This document shows positions 18,296 to 29,989 of a stretch of DNA of 64,000 nucleotides, in pieces. The stretch comes from an uncultured Thermus sp. (GTDB lineage Bacteria; Deinococcota; Deinococci; Deinococcales; Thermaceae), in assembly GCA_947085095.1 (NCBI GenBank), contig CAMTVD010000022.1:49237-113236 (forward strand). The letters are read 5' to 3'. A program made the translations under genes and the position numbers. Numbering within the stretch: position 1 is the first letter of the stretch; the number at the start of each line of letters is the position of its first letter. The notes under the pieces were generated by a model. It searched no databases, was not told the DNA's origin, and saw nothing but the letters and a program-made list of their open reading frames with translations.

Positions 18296-20752
18296 GTGAG
18301 AACGTTAGGGCACATCACCGCCATGCCCCAGCTCCCGGAGCCCCTCCAGGGGCTGAAGGAGCTGGCCTATAACCTCTGGTGGAGCTGGAACCCAGAGGCG
18401 GCGGAGCTTTTCCAGGAGATAGACCCCGTGCTTTGGAAGCGCTTCCGGGGGAACCCCGTGAAGCTCCTCCTCGAGGCCGACCCCGCCCGGCTTTTGGCCC
18501 TGGCCGCCACCAGCTACCCCGTCCGGGTCCAGGCGGTCCTCAAGGCCCAGCGGGACTACCTGAAGGAGCGGGAGACGAAAAAGGGCCCCCTCACCGCCTA
18601 TTTTTCCGCGGAGTACGGCTTCCACAGCTCCCTGCCCATCTACTCGGGGGGGCTTGGGGTCCTGGCGGGGGACCACGTGAAGGCCGCCAGCGACCTGGGC
18701 CTCAACCTGGTGGGGGTGGGGATCTTCTACCACGAGGGCTACTTCCACCAGCGCCTCTCCCCTGAGGGGGCCCAGATAGAGGTGTACGAGACCCTGCGCC
18801 CCGAGGAGCTCCCGCTTTTGGAGGTGGCGGACCAAAAAGGCCGCCCGCTCCGGGTGGCGGTGGAGTTCCCGGGGCGCCTGGTGTGGCTCGCCGCCTACCG
18901 GGTCCAGGTGGGGGCGGTGCCCGTCTACCTCCTCACCTCCGACCTCCCCGAGAACGCCCCCGAGGACCGGGCCATCACCGCCAGGCTCTACGATGCGGGC
19001 CAGGAGATCCGCATCCAGCAGGAGCTGGTCCTGGGGATCGGGGGGGTGCGCCTCCTGCGGGCCCTGGGGCTCTCCCCGGAGATATTCCACATGAACGAGG
19101 GACACTCCGCCTTTTTGGGCCTGGAGCGGGTGCGGGAGCTGGTGGCCGAGGGCCATCCCTTTCCCGTGGCCCTGGAGCTGGCCCGGGGCGGGGCCCTCTT
19201 CACCACCCACACTCCCGTCCCCGCGGGGCACGATGCCTTTCCCTTGGAGCTTGTGGACCGCTACCTGGGGGGGCTGTGGGAGAAGCTGGGCACGGACCGG
19301 GAGAGCTTCCTGGGGCTGGGCCTCGAGGAGAAGCCCTGGGGCCAGGTCTTTTCCATGTCCCGCCTGGCCCTTTCCACCAGCGCCCAGGCCAACGGGGTGA
19401 GCCGCCTCCATGGGGAGGTCTCCCGGGGGATGTTCCACCACCTCTGGCCTGGCCTCCTCCAGGAAGAGGTGCCCATCGGCCACGTGACCAACGGGGTTCA
19501 CACCTGGACGTTCCTCCATCCCCGCCTGCGCCGCCACTACGCGGAGGTCTTCGGCCCCGAGTGGCTCAAGCATCCCGAGGACCCGGCCACCTGGAAGGTG
19601 GAGGGCCTGGGGGAGGAGTTTTGGCGCATCCACAAGGACCTCAGGGCAGGGCTGGTGCGGGAGGTGCGGCAACGGGTCTACGAGCAGCGCCGCCGCAACG
19701 GGGAAAGCCCAAGCCGCCTGCGGGAGGTGGAGCGCCTCCTGGACCCTGAGGTCCTCACCCTGGGCTTCGCCAGGCGCTTTGCCACCTACAAGCGGGCGGT
19801 CCTCCTCTTCAAGGATCCGGAGAGGCTTTTGAAGATCCTCCGGGGGCCCTACCCGGTGCAGTTCGTCTTTGCCGGCAAGGCCCACCCCAAGGACGAGCCC
19901 GGGAAGGCCTATCTTCGGGAACTGGTGGCCAAGATCAAGGAGTACGGCCTCGAGGACCGCATGGCGGTTCTGGAGGACTACGACATGTACCTGGCCCGGA
20001 TCCTGGTTCACGGCTCCGATGTCTGGCTCAACACTCCCCGCCGCCCCATGGAGGCCAGCGGCACCAGCGGGATGAAGGCGGCCTTGAACGGGGTTCTCAA
20101 CCTCAGCATCCTGGACGGCTGGTGGGCCGAGGCCTATAACGGCAAAAACGGCTTCGCCATCGGGGACGAGCGGGTTTACGAGAACGAGGAAGCCCAGGAC
20201 ATGGCGGACGCCCAGGCCCTTTACGACGTGCTGGAGGCGGAGGTGCTCCCCCTCTTCTACGCCAAGGGGCCTGAGGGGTACTCCTTGGGGTGGCTCTCCA
20301 TGGTCCACGAGAGCCTGCGCACCGTGGGCCCCCGCTTTAGCGCCGCCAGGATGGTGGGGGATTACCTGGCCCTTTACGAAAGGGGGGCGGGGATGGCCCT
20401 CAGGGCCAGGGAGTCCAGGGATCTCCTCCTGGCCTTTCACCAGGCCCTCCCCGCTTTTCAGGCCCTCGCCCTAAGGGTGGAGGCCCCCAGCCACCTCACC
20501 CTGAACGGGGAACCCCTGAGGGTGCGGGCCTTTTTGGAAGGGGAGGTGCCCACGGCCCTAAGGCCTTTCCTCGAGGTCCAGCTGGTGGCCAGAAGGAGCA
20601 CCGGGGAGGTGGAGGTGGTGCCCCTTGCCCCCACAGGGGAAGGGTACGAGGCCCTCTACCGCCCCTCCCGCCCCGGAAGCTACAGCTACGGGGTGCGCCT
20701 GGCCTTGCGCCACCCGGTCACCGGCCGGGTGAACTGGGTGCGCTGGGCCTGA
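18296..20752 (+). CDS. glgP: Alpha-glucan (glycogen/maltodextrin) phosphorylase
   Basis: YFSAEYG...YSGGLGVLAGD, HMNEGH, FARRFATYKR, EASGTSGMK (PLP Lys). Confidence 0.95.
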   Translation: MRTLGHITAMPQLPEPLQGLKELAYNLWWSWNPEAAELFQEIDPVLWKRFRGNPVKLLLEADPARLLALAATSYPVRVQAVLKAQRDYLKERETKKGPLTAYFSAEYGFHSSLPIYSGGLGVLAGDHVKAASDLGLNLVGVGIFYHEGYFHQRLSPEGAQIEVYETLRPEELPLLEVADQKGRPLRVAVEFPGRLVWLAAYRVQVGAVPVYLLTSDLPENAPEDRAITARLYDAGQEIRIQQELVLGIGGVRLLRALGLSPEIFHMNEGHSAFLGLERVRELVAEGHPFPVALELARGGALFTTHTPVPAGHDAFPLELVDRYLGGLWEKLGTDRESFLGLGLEEKPWGQVFSMSRLALSTSAQANGVSRLHGEVSRGMFHHLWPGLLQEEVPIGHVTNGVHTWTFLHPRLRRHYAEVFGPEWLKHPEDPATWKVEGLGEEFWRIHKDLRAGLVREVRQRVYEQRRRNGESPSRLREVERLLDPEVLTLGFARRFATYKRAVLLFKDPERLLKILRGPYPVQFVFAGKAHPKDEPGKAYLRELVAKIKEYGLEDRMAVLEDYDMYLARILVHGSDVWLNTPRRPMEASGTSGMKAALNGVLNLSILDGWWAEAYNGKNGFAIGDERVYENEEAQDMADAQALYDVLEAEVLPLFYAKGPEGYSLGWLSMVHESLRTVGPRFSAARMVGDYLALYERGAGMALRARESRDLLLAFHQALPAFQALALRVEAPSHLTLNGEPLRVRAFLEGEVPTALRPFLEVQLVARRSTGEVEVVPLAPTGEGYEALYRPSRPGSYSYGVRLALRHPVTGRVNWVRWA

Positions 20753-20789
20753 GTGTATAATCTTCCCGTGCGTTTTAAGGAGGTGGACC

Positions 20790-21554
20790 ATGCGTAAACT
20801 TTTGCTGTTCCTCGGCGTGTTGGCCCTTGGCCTTGGCCTGGCCCAGGTGCGGACCCTGGACCAGATCAAAAGGAGCGGGGAGATCCGCATCGGCACCGAA
20901 GGGGCCTTTCCCCCCTTCAACTACTTTGATGCCAAGAACCAGCTCACGGGCTTTGAGATAGACCTGGGCAACGCCATCGCCAAAAAGCTGGCCCTAAAGC
21001 CGGTCTGGATCGCCCAGTCCTTTGACAGCCTCCTTATCCAGCTTGGCCAGGGGCGGTTTGACTTCGTCATCGCCTCCCACGGCATCACCGAGGAGCGGGC
21101 CAAGGCGGTGGACTTCACCAACCCCCACTACTGCACGGGAGGCATTATCGTCAGCAGGAAGGGGGGCCCCAAGACCTCCAAGGACCTTCAGGGCAAGGTG
21201 GTGGGGGTGCAGATCGGCACCACCTACATGGAGGCGGCCCAGAAGATTCCCGGGGTCAGGCAGGTGCGCACCTACCAGAAGGACCCCGACGCCCTCCAGG
21301 ACCTGTTGGCGGGCCGGGTGGATGCCTGGATCACCGACCGCTTCGTGGCCAAGGAGGCCATCAAGGAAAGGAAGCTGGAGGGCACCCTCCAGCTGGGCGA
21401 GCTGGTCTTCCAGGAGCGGGTGGCCATGGCGGTGGCCAAGGGCAACAAGAGCCTGCTGGACGCCCTCAATAAGGCCCTGGCCGATCTGATGAAGGACGGC
21501 ACCTACGCCCAGATCTCCAAGAAGTGGTTCGGGGAGGACGTGCGCTGCAAGTAA
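20790..21554 (+). CDS. Polar amino-acid ABC substrate-binding protein
   Basis: Signal peptide; GTEGAFPPF, GFEIDL, ITEERAKAVDFTNP, GVQIGTT, KKWFG; SD AAGGAGG. Confidence 0.92.
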   Translation: MRKLLLFLGVLALGLGLAQVRTLDQIKRSGEIRIGTEGAFPPFNYFDAKNQLTGFEIDLGNAIAKKLALKPVWIAQSFDSLLIQLGQGRFDFVIASHGITEERAKAVDFTNPHYCTGGIIVSRKGGPKTSKDLQGKVVGVQIGTTYMEAAQKIPGVRQVRTYQKDPDALQDLLAGRVDAWITDRFVAKEAIKERKLEGTLQLGELVFQERVAMAVAKGNKSLLDALNKALADLMKDGTYAQISKKWFGEDVRCK

Positions 21555-21561
21555 TCCCTTT

Positions 21562-21596
21562 TGGGCCTGGGATGGAACGTCCCGGGCCCTTCTTTT
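21562..21596 (+). terminator. Hairpin + U-tract between SBP and permease (attenuator or stabiliser)
   Basis: gggcctgggat...gtcccgggccc-ttctttt. Confidence 0.55.
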
Positions 21597-21601
21597 GACC
21601 C

Positions 21602-22393
21602 ATGATCCCCTTTTGGCTCCGCCTCTTCCTCTATGCCGCCCTTTTCGCCTTGGGGTACCTGGCCTTCTTCGCCCTTTTGGGGGCGGCCTTAGAGCGCTAC
21701 TTCCTTCTCACCGGCTTCGGTCCCGATCGGGCCCTTTCCGCAGGCCAGGCCATGGCCCTGGGGGCGGAGGTTACCCTGAAGCTCACCCTGATCTCCGGCC
21801 TCGCTGGCCTTTTCATCGGCGTTTTTGCCGGGATGTCCCGTCTTTCCAGCCGGGCCTGGGTGCGCCTTCCCGCCACCTTTTACATCTGGGTCACCCGGGG
21901 CACCCCTCTTTTGGTACAGATCCTCTTCGCCTACAACGCCTTGCCCTTCCTCCTCCAGCCCCTATGGCCGGGGGCGCAGCAGGCTCTCACCCCCTACTGG
22001 GCCGCCTTCATCGCCCTCTCCTTTAACGTGGGGGCCTACAACGCCGAGGTGGTGCGGGCGGGCATCCAGGCCATCCCCAAGGGGCAGTGGGAGGCCGCCT
22101 GGTCCTTGGGCCTTTCCCCGGTGGACACCATGCGCTTCGTGGTCCTGCCCCAGGCCCTGCGCATCGTGGTCCCGCCCCTGGTCAACAACCTGGTGGCCCT
22201 TCTCAAGGACTCCTCCTTGGCCAGCGTCATCACCCTGGCGGAGCTGGCGCTTTCTGGGCAACGCATCATCTCCGCCACCTTCCGGCCCGTGGAGGTGTAC
22301 CTGGCGGTGGCCGCCATCTACCTTCTTCTCACCACGGTGCTGACTTTATTCACCAACCGCCTGGAGGAGAGGCTCAAGATGGTGGGCCGTTAG
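21602..22393 (+). CDS. Polar amino-acid ABC permease (HisM/ArtQ-like)
   Basis: RGTPLLVQ, AYNAEVVRAGIQAIPKGQWEAA (EAA loop), LLKDSSLAS. Confidence 0.93.
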   Translation: MIPFWLRLFLYAALFALGYLAFFALLGAALERYFLLTGFGPDRALSAGQAMALGAEVTLKLTLISGLAGLFIGVFAGMSRLSSRAWVRLPATFYIWVTRGTPLLVQILFAYNALPFLLQPLWPGAQQALTPYWAAFIALSFNVGAYNAEVVRAGIQAIPKGQWEAAWSLGLSPVDTMRFVVLPQALRIVVPPLVNNLVALLKDSSLASVITLAELALSGQRIISATFRPVEVYLAVAAIYLLLTTVLTLFTNRLEERLKMVGR

Positions 22394-22396
22394 GGC

Positions 22397-22425
22397 TTGC
22401 GGGGCCTGGGGGCGTGGGGTATACT
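22397..22425 (+). promoter_or_regulatory. Internal sigma-A promoter upstream of the TAXI gene
   Basis: TTGCGG (22397-22402), 17 nt, TATACT (22420-22425), then SD AAGGAGG. Confidence 0.65.
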
Positions 22426-22451
22426 TCTTGCGGTCTGAAGGAGGTGGGTTT

Positions 22452-23402
22452 ATGCGGATAAAAAGCGTGCTCTTGGCGGGGTTGGCCTTCCTGGGCCTAG
22501 GCTTGGCCCAGGAGTTCCTCACCATCGGCTCCGGGGCCACCACGGGGGTCTACTTCCCGGTAGCCACCGGCATGGCCAAGCTGGTGAACGATGCCAATGT
22601 GGGCATCCGGGCCAACGCCCGCTCCACGGGTGGGAGCGTGGCCAACATCAACGCCATCGCCGCGGGCGAGTTTGAGATGGCCCTGGCCCAGAACGACATC
22701 AGCTTCTACGCCTTCCAGGGGTGCTGCATCACCGCCTTTGACGGCAGGCCGGTGAAGGGCATCCGGGCCCTGGCCGCCCTCTACCCCGAGGTGGTCCACG
22801 TGGTGGCCCGGGCGGACGCGGGCATCCGCACCGTGGCCGACCTCAAGGGCAAGCGGGTGGTGGTGGGGGATGTGGGCTCGGGCACGGAGCAGAACGCCCG
22901 GCAGATCCTCGAGGCCTACGGCCTGCGCTTTGAAGACCTGGGCCAGGCCATCCGGGTGGGCGCCACCCAGGGCATCCAGCTCATGCAGGACAAGCGGGCA
23001 GACGCCCTCTTCTACACCGTGGGCCTGGGGGCTTCTGCCATCCAGCAACTGGCCCTGACCACCCCCATCACCCTGGTGGCGGTGGACCTGGATAGGGTCC
23101 AGGCCATCGCCAAGAAGTACCCCTTCTACGTGCGCTTCAACATCCCGGGGGGCACCTACAAGGGTGTGGAGGTCGTCACCCCCACGGTGGCGGTCCAGGC
23201 CATGCTCATCGCCTCGGAGAAGCTCTCCGCCGACACCGTCTACCGGTTCATGAAGGCGGTCTTCGGCAACCAGGAGGCCTTCAAGAAGATCCACCCCAAC
23301 CTGGAGCGCTTCTTCAGCCTGGAGAGAGCGGTTAAGGGCCTGCCCATCCCCCTCCACCCTGGGGCGGAGCGCTTCTATAGGGAGCTGGGGCTTCTGAAGT
23401 AG
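22452..23402 (+). CDS. TAXI-family TRAP substrate-binding protein (glutamate-binding, TtGluBP-like)
   Basis: TIGSGATTGVYFP, STGGSVANIN, ALAQND, LYPEVVH, GSGTE, PLHPGAERFY; vicinal CC in QGCCI; start at ATG 22452 after SD. Confidence 0.92.
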   Translation: MRIKSVLLAGLAFLGLGLAQEFLTIGSGATTGVYFPVATGMAKLVNDANVGIRANARSTGGSVANINAIAAGEFEMALAQNDISFYAFQGCCITAFDGRPVKGIRALAALYPEVVHVVARADAGIRTVADLKGKRVVVGDVGSGTEQNARQILEAYGLRFEDLGQAIRVGATQGIQLMQDKRADALFYTVGLGASAIQQLALTTPITLVAVDLDRVQAIAKKYPFYVRFNIPGGTYKGVEVVTPTVAVQAMLIASEKLSADTVYRFMKAVFGNQEAFKKIHPNLERFFSLERAVKGLPIPLHPGAERFYRELGLLK

Positions 23403-23457
23403 GCTAGCGTCAGCGCCCAGGGGGCCCCACCTGGGGCCCCCTTCGCCTGGAGGCGGT

Positions 23458-25431
<1,974 letters not shown>

Positions 25432-25437
25432 CCGGAA

Positions 25438-26172
25438 GTGGAGCCCATTATCCGCATCCGTAACCTGCACAAGTGGTTTGGCCCCCTCCACGTCCTAAAG
25501 GGGATCTCCCTGGAGGTGGCCCCCGGGGAGAAGCTGGTCATCATCGGCCCCTCGGGTTCGGGGAAGAGCACCCTGATCCGCACCATCAACCGCCTCGAGG
25601 ACTTCCAGGAGGGGGAGGTGGTGGTGGACGGGATGAACGTAAAGGACGATCGGGCCCTCCGGGCGGTGCGGCGGGAGGTGGGGATGGTCTTCCAGCAGTT
25701 CAACCTCTTCCCCCACATGACGGTTTTGGAAAACATCACCCTGGCCCCCATGCGGGTGCGGGGGTGGCCTCGGGAGAGGGCGGAGGGGAAAGCTTTAGAG
25801 CTTTTGGAGCGGGTGGGGATTTTGGACCAGGCCAGGAAGTACCCGGGGCAGCTGTCCGGGGGGCAGCAGCAGCGGGTGGCCATCGCCCGGGCTCTCGCCA
25901 TGGAGCCCAAGGTGATGCTCTTTGACGAGCCCACGAGCGCCCTGGACCCGGAGATGGTGGGGGAGGTGTTGGACGTGATGCGGGACCTGGCCCGGGGGGG
26001 CATGACCATGCTGGTGGTGACCCATGAGATGGGGTTTGCCCGGGAGGTGGCGGACCGGGTGGTGTTCATGGACGGGGGGCAGATCGTGGAGGAGGGGAGG
26101 CCGGAGGAGATCTTCAGCCGCCCCAAGGAGGAGAGGACCAAAAGCTTCTTGCAAAGGGTCCTGCACCACTAG
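25438..26172 (+). CDS. Polar amino-acid ABC ATP-binding protein (GlnQ-like)
   Basis: [55 protein letters not shown]. Confidence 0.95.
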   Translation: MEPIIRIRNLHKWFGPLHVLKGISLEVAPGEKLVIIGPSGSGKSTLIRTINRLEDFQEGEVVVDGMNVKDDRALRAVRREVGMVFQQFNLFPHMTVLENITLAPMRVRGWPRERAEGKALELLERVGILDQARKYPGQLSGGQQQRVAIARALAMEPKVMLFDEPTSALDPEMVGEVLDVMRDLARGGMTMLVVTHEMGFAREVADRVVFMDGGQIVEEGRPEEIFSRPKEERTKSFLQRVLHH

Positions 26173-26174
26173 GT

Positions 26175-26573
26175 ATGGAGGGGCTTTTCCGGGCCCTTTT
26201 AGACCCCAAGGGGGACCCTGGCCTTAGGCGGCTTGGCCTCAGGCTCTACGCCCTTGGGCTTCTGGCCTTCCACGGGGTGGCCTTGGCGGTCCTGAGCCTC
26301 CTTCTGCCTCAGGCCTCCCACCCCCTTCTCTGGGCCCTGGCCTTCTTGGGAGCGGGGTGGCTCTACCTCCAGGCCCAGGGGGCCTTGCGGGCGGAAAAGG
26401 GGCCTTTAGCCCCTTTGCTGGCCGTGGGCCTGGGGGCCTCGGCCTTTTTCTTTTTGGGGGTGATGGGGCTTCTCCTAAGGCCCTTGGGGCTCCTTCTTCT
26501 CCCCTTGGGCCTGGGGCTTTTCCTCATCCTCCTCCACCGAGGGGAGGCCTGGCTTGTAAAAGAAGGTCCTTGA
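26175..26573 (+). CDS. Hypothetical membrane protein (~4 TM)
   Basis: 132-aa Leu/Gly-rich hydrophobic ORF starting 2 nt after the ATPase stop. Confidence 0.7.
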   Translation: MEGLFRALLDPKGDPGLRRLGLRLYALGLLAFHGVALAVLSLLLPQASHPLLWALAFLGAGWLYLQAQGALRAEKGPLAPLLAVGLGASAFFFLGVMGLLLRPLGLLLLPLGLGLFLILLHRGEAWLVKEGP

Positions 26574-27378
26574 GGCGGGGCCGGGCCAGGGCCTGGATCT
26601 CTTTCAGGCGCTCCCAGGCCCGCTTCTGCCCGAGCTGGTAGACCAGGGGAAGCTTCTCGTGGTCAAAGGTGTCTATGGGGAAGGGGGGGTCCAGGGGGAT
26701 GACCAGGTCGGCCTCCTTCAGGGCCAGCTCCTTGAGGCGGCGCCGGCTGGCTTCCCCCGCCAGGAGGGCGGCCTCGAGGGCCGTCTTGGGCGATTCCTTG
26801 GGCGGGGGGTTGGACACGTCCACGGCCACCACCTTGGGGAAGAGGGCCTTGGCCGCCCGCACGGGCACCTTCTCCGCCACGTCCCCGTCCACCAGAAGCC
26901 GCCCCTCCCACTCCACGGGCGGGAAGAGGCCGGGGATGGCCATGCTGGCCAGGACCGCTTTAAAGACCGGGCCCCGCCTCAGGACCACCCCCTCCCCCGT
27001 GAGGAGGTCGGCCGCCTGGATGGCTAAGGGGATGGGGCTTTCTTCCAAGAGGGCTTCGCCGAAGAGCTTTCTGAGCCTCGCCTCCAGACCCTTGTCCTCC
27101 GCCAGGTGGGGACGGCGAAGGGCGCCTAAGAGACGGGCCAGGGCCCTGAGGCCGCCGCCTTGGGCCACGCGGACGATTTCTGGGTCAAAGATGGCCTCGT
27201 GGACCCTGTAAGGGTCCCGGTGACCAAAGGCAAAGCAGGCGGCGGCCAAAGCCCCGGCGGAACTGCCGGAGAGGGCCCGGATGGGCACCCCTGCCTTTTC
27301 CAGGACCTCGAGGACCCCCAGGTGGGCGTACCCCCGCACGCCCCCACCGCCCAAAGCCAAGGCCACGCCCCGCTTCAA
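26524..27378 (-). CDS. Patatin-like phospholipase
   Basis: LALGGGGVRG oxyanion motif, GSSAG nucleophile, ASMAIPG, LVDGD; TTG start overlaps the upstream stop. Confidence 0.9.
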   Translation of the reverse strand: MKRGVALALGGGGVRGYAHLGVLEVLEKAGVPIRALSGSSAGALAAACFAFGHRDPYRVHEAIFDPEIVRVAQGGGLRALARLLGALRRPHLAEDKGLEARLRKLFGEALLEESPIPLAIQAADLLTGEGVVLRRGPVFKAVLASMAIPGLFPPVEWEGRLLVDGDVAEKVPVRAAKALFPKVVAVDVSNPPPKESPKTALEAALLAGEASRRRLKELALKEADLVIPLDPPFPIDTFDHEKLPLVYQLGQKRAWERLKEIQALARPRLKDLLLQARPPLGGGG

Positions 27379-27788
27379 TACCCGAGCCCCAACTCCTGGG
27401 CTTCCGCCGTCAGCCGGTCCAAGAGGTCCTTACCTTGCTGGCGGGAGCGCTCCAGGTAGTCCAAAAGATCCTTGGCCCGAATGCGCCGATGCGTTCCCAC
27501 CTTGTGGTAGGGGATGGTGCCTTCCTCCAGAAGCCGGACCAGGTAGGGCCGGGACACCCCAAGAATGTCCGCCGCTTCTCCTGTGGTGAGCTCGGCTTCC
27601 AAGGGTACCACCCTTACGGGGATCCCGTGGGCAAGGGATTCCAGGATTTGCCGGAGAAGGTTTTCCAGTTCACGAGTCATTGTCAGGGAAACCTCTCCCA
27701 GGCGTATCTGCTTTCCTGGGGCTAGGTTTTTGAGGAAGAGACGAATCTCCTCCTTTGCTTCCTGTTGGGTGAAGACTAGGCCTGCCAT
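27375..27788 (-). CDS. Excisionase-like (HTH_17) DNA-binding protein, putative antitoxin/regulator
   Basis: ELTTGEAADILGVSRPYLVRLLEEGTIPYHKVGTHRRI; C-terminal EAQELGLGY; start at ATG 27788. Confidence 0.88.
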   Translation of the reverse strand: MAGLVFTQQEAKEEIRLFLKNLAPGKQIRLGEVSLTMTRELENLLRQILESLAHGIPVRVVPLEAELTTGEAADILGVSRPYLVRLLEEGTIPYHKVGTHRRIRAKDLLDYLERSRQQGKDLLDRLTAEAQELGLGY

Positions 27789-27798
27789 ACCCAAGAAC

Positions 27799-27827
27799 AG
27801 GATACCCCACAAACGAAATAAACGCAA
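27799..27827 (-). promoter_or_regulatory. Sigma-A promoter for the HTH gene with CGTTT direct repeats
   Basis: Minus strand TTGCGT-17nt-TATCCT; AAACG (plus strand) at 27811, 27820 and 27861. Confidence 0.55.
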
Positions 27828-27871
27828 CAGGGGTTTTGGATGCCGGAGCTGAAAGCAGGTAAACGAAGGGC

Positions 27872-28492
27872 CTAGAGGCGATTTTTGTACTGCTGTAAGA
27901 GACTGGCAAATCTCCTTAGCCCTATATGTGCAAATCTATCTAAGAAATCTTCCCTATCCAAGGGAGGGTTCTTGAGCGCCTCCCTTTGCTCTTTGAGTAG
28001 CTGAAGGAGGGGTTCAGGCAAGCTGCTCCTTCGGATTAGGGCCTCTGCCAACTCCAAGAGGTATTCATCGGGGTGGATGACCACCAGGTCCCAGGGTTCC
28101 AGGGCTTCCTCTGGGAAGTCTTGGAGGTTGAAGGTGAGGATGGCCTCGGCTCCGCCCCAGTAAGCGGCGGCCACTACATGGCGGTCATCGGCATCGGGCA
28201 GGTGTACCTGGGGGACCAGGTGCTCGTACCCTTCCACGAGGGGTTCCTGGAAGGCAAGAGCTTGCACCATGCGGGCCGGAGTCTGCCGCAAGCGGTTCCG
28301 CTGGTCCTCATCCAGATCCGCCCGATTTTCTAGGAGGTGGGATAGCCACTCTTCTTGCACTCGCCGGCTCCACTTGAGGCGAAGTCCTAGCCTTGGGTCT
28401 AAAGCCAGGCGCATGAAGAGGTCGCGGGTGGGGGCCGGGTACAGGACGCATGCATCCAAAAAAAGCACGCGTGGAAGATGAAAAGGACTCAT
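27872..28492 (-). CDS. PIN-domain protein (VapC-like putative toxin/RNase)
   Basis: [38 protein letters not shown] acidic PIN motifs. Confidence 0.88.
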   Translation of the reverse strand: MSPFHLPRVLFLDACVLYPAPTRDLFMRLALDPRLGLRLKWSRRVQEEWLSHLLENRADLDEDQRNRLRQTPARMVQALAFQEPLVEGYEHLVPQVHLPDADDRHVVAAAYWGGAEAILTFNLQDFPEEALEPWDLVVIHPDEYLLELAEALIRRSSLPEPLLQLLKEQREALKNPPLDREDFLDRFAHIGLRRFASLLQQYKNRL

Positions 28493-28512
28493 TTGGATTT
28501 AGAATAGCCCAT

Positions 28513-29277
28513 ATGCGGCCTGACCTTTCCCGTGTGCCCGGAGTCTTGGGGGAGATCGCCAGAAGGAGGGCTAGGGAGATCGCCCCTTACCCCCTTCCAG
28601 AGCCGCCGCCTGTGCCCTCCTTTAGCCAGGCCCTTGCCCTGCCTGGCCTTTCCCTCATCGCCGAGGTGAAGCGGCGAAGCCCCTCCGAGGGCCTCATCCG
28701 GGAGGTGGACCCCGTGGAGGCCGCCCGGGCCTACGAGCGGGGCGGGGCCCGGGCGATAAGCGTCCTCACCGAGCCCCACCGCTTCGGGGGAAGCCTGGAG
28801 GACCTAAAGAGGGTGCGCCAGGCGGTGGAGCTTCCCCTCCTCCGTAAGGACTTCGTGGTGGACCCCTTCATGCTGGAGGAGGCCCGGGCCTATGGGGCCA
28901 GCGCCGCGCTCCTCATCGTGGCCCTTTTGGGGGAGCTGACCGGGGCCTACCTGGAAAGGGCCAACGCCTTGGGCCTGGAAGCCTTGGTGGAGGTGCACAC
29001 GGAAAGGGAGCTGGAGCTGGCCTTGGAGAGCGGGGCGGAGATTCTAGGCATCAACAACCGGGACCTGGTGAGCCTGAGGGTGGATCTCGCCACCGCTCCA
29101 AGACTGGGCAGGCTGGCCCGGGAGCGGGGCTTTAGGGGCCTCTTGGTGGCGGAGTCGGGGTACGCCAGGAGGGAGGACCTAAAGGGTCTGGAGGGGCTTT
29201 TTGATGCGGTGCTGGTGGGCACGAGCCTCATGAAGCGGCCCGATTTGGCCGAGGCGGTGCGGGAGCTTGTAGGATAG
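28513..29277 (+). CDS. trpC: Indole-3-glycerol phosphate synthase
   Basis: [47 protein letters not shown]; start at ATG 28513. Confidence 0.96.
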   Translation: MRPDLSRVPGVLGEIARRRAREIAPYPLPEPPPVPSFSQALALPGLSLIAEVKRRSPSEGLIREVDPVEAARAYERGGARAISVLTEPHRFGGSLEDLKRVRQAVELPLLRKDFVVDPFMLEEARAYGASAALLIVALLGELTGAYLERANALGLEALVEVHTERELELALESGAEILGINNRDLVSLRVDLATAPRLGRLARERGFRGLLVAESGYARREDLKGLEGLFDAVLVGTSLMKRPDLAEAVRELVG

Positions 29278-29281
29278 GACC

Positions 29282-29989
29282 ATGCTTCTCATCCCCGCCG
29301 TGGACCTAAAAGGAGGCCGGGCGGTGCGCCTTCTGGAGGGGGACCCTTCCCGGGAGACCCCCTATGGGGACCCGGTGGCGGCCGCCTTGCGCTTCCAGGA
29401 GGAGGGGGCCCGCTACCTCCACCTGGTGGACCTGGACCGGGCCCTGGGCAGCGGGGAGAACCGGGAGGCCCTCCTAAGGATCCGGGAGGCCCTTAGGGTC
29501 CCCTTTGAGCTCGCCGGGGGGATCCGGAGCCTGGGGGCCCTCCAGGAGGCCCTGGCCCTGGGGGCGGATCGGGCGGTGGTGGGCACGGTGGCCGTCAAGG
29601 ACCTGGCCCTATTGCAGAGGATGCTCGCCGAGGCAGGCCCCGAGCGTCTGGCCGTGGCCCTGGACGCCCGGGGGTTAGAGGTAGTGGTCGCGGGCTGGCA
29701 GGAAAGGACCCCGGTTTCCGCCCTGGACCTCCTCAGGGTCTGGGCGGAGATGGGGGTGCGCACGGTGATCTACACCGATGTGCGGCGGGACGGGACCCTT
29801 TTGGGCCTGGACCTCGAGGTGGTGGGAAGGGTGCGGGAGGCCTGGCCCCACGCCCTCATCGCCGGGGGCGGGATCGCTGGGCTTCAAGACCTCCTGGGCC
29901 TGAAGCGCCTGGGCGTGGAGGGGGCCATCCTGGGAAAGGCCCTTTACGAGGGAAGGATTCGGCTACGGGAAGCTTTGGAGGTGGTATGA
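29282..29989 (+). CDS. hisA: ProFAR isomerase
   Basis: IPAVDLKGGRAVRL, LHLVDLD, GGIRS, YTDVRRDGTLLG, IAGGG, GKALYEG. Confidence 0.95.
   Translation: MLLIPAVDLKGGRAVRLLEGDPSRETPYGDPVAAALRFQEEGARYLHLVDLDRALGSGENREALLRIREALRVPFELAGGIRSLGALQEALALGADRAVVGTVAVKDLALLQRMLAEAGPERLAVALDARGLEVVVAGWQERTPVSALDLLRVWAEMGVRTVIYTDVRRDGTLLGLDLEVVGRVREAWPHALIAGGGIAGLQDLLGLKRLGVEGAILGKALYEGRIRLREALEVV

Noticed and set aside
26524..27378. Patatin as a CBASS (CapV-type) effector
   Set aside because: No CD-NTase or Cap2/Cap3 genes nearby; motifs fit the common RssA/NTE-like patatins
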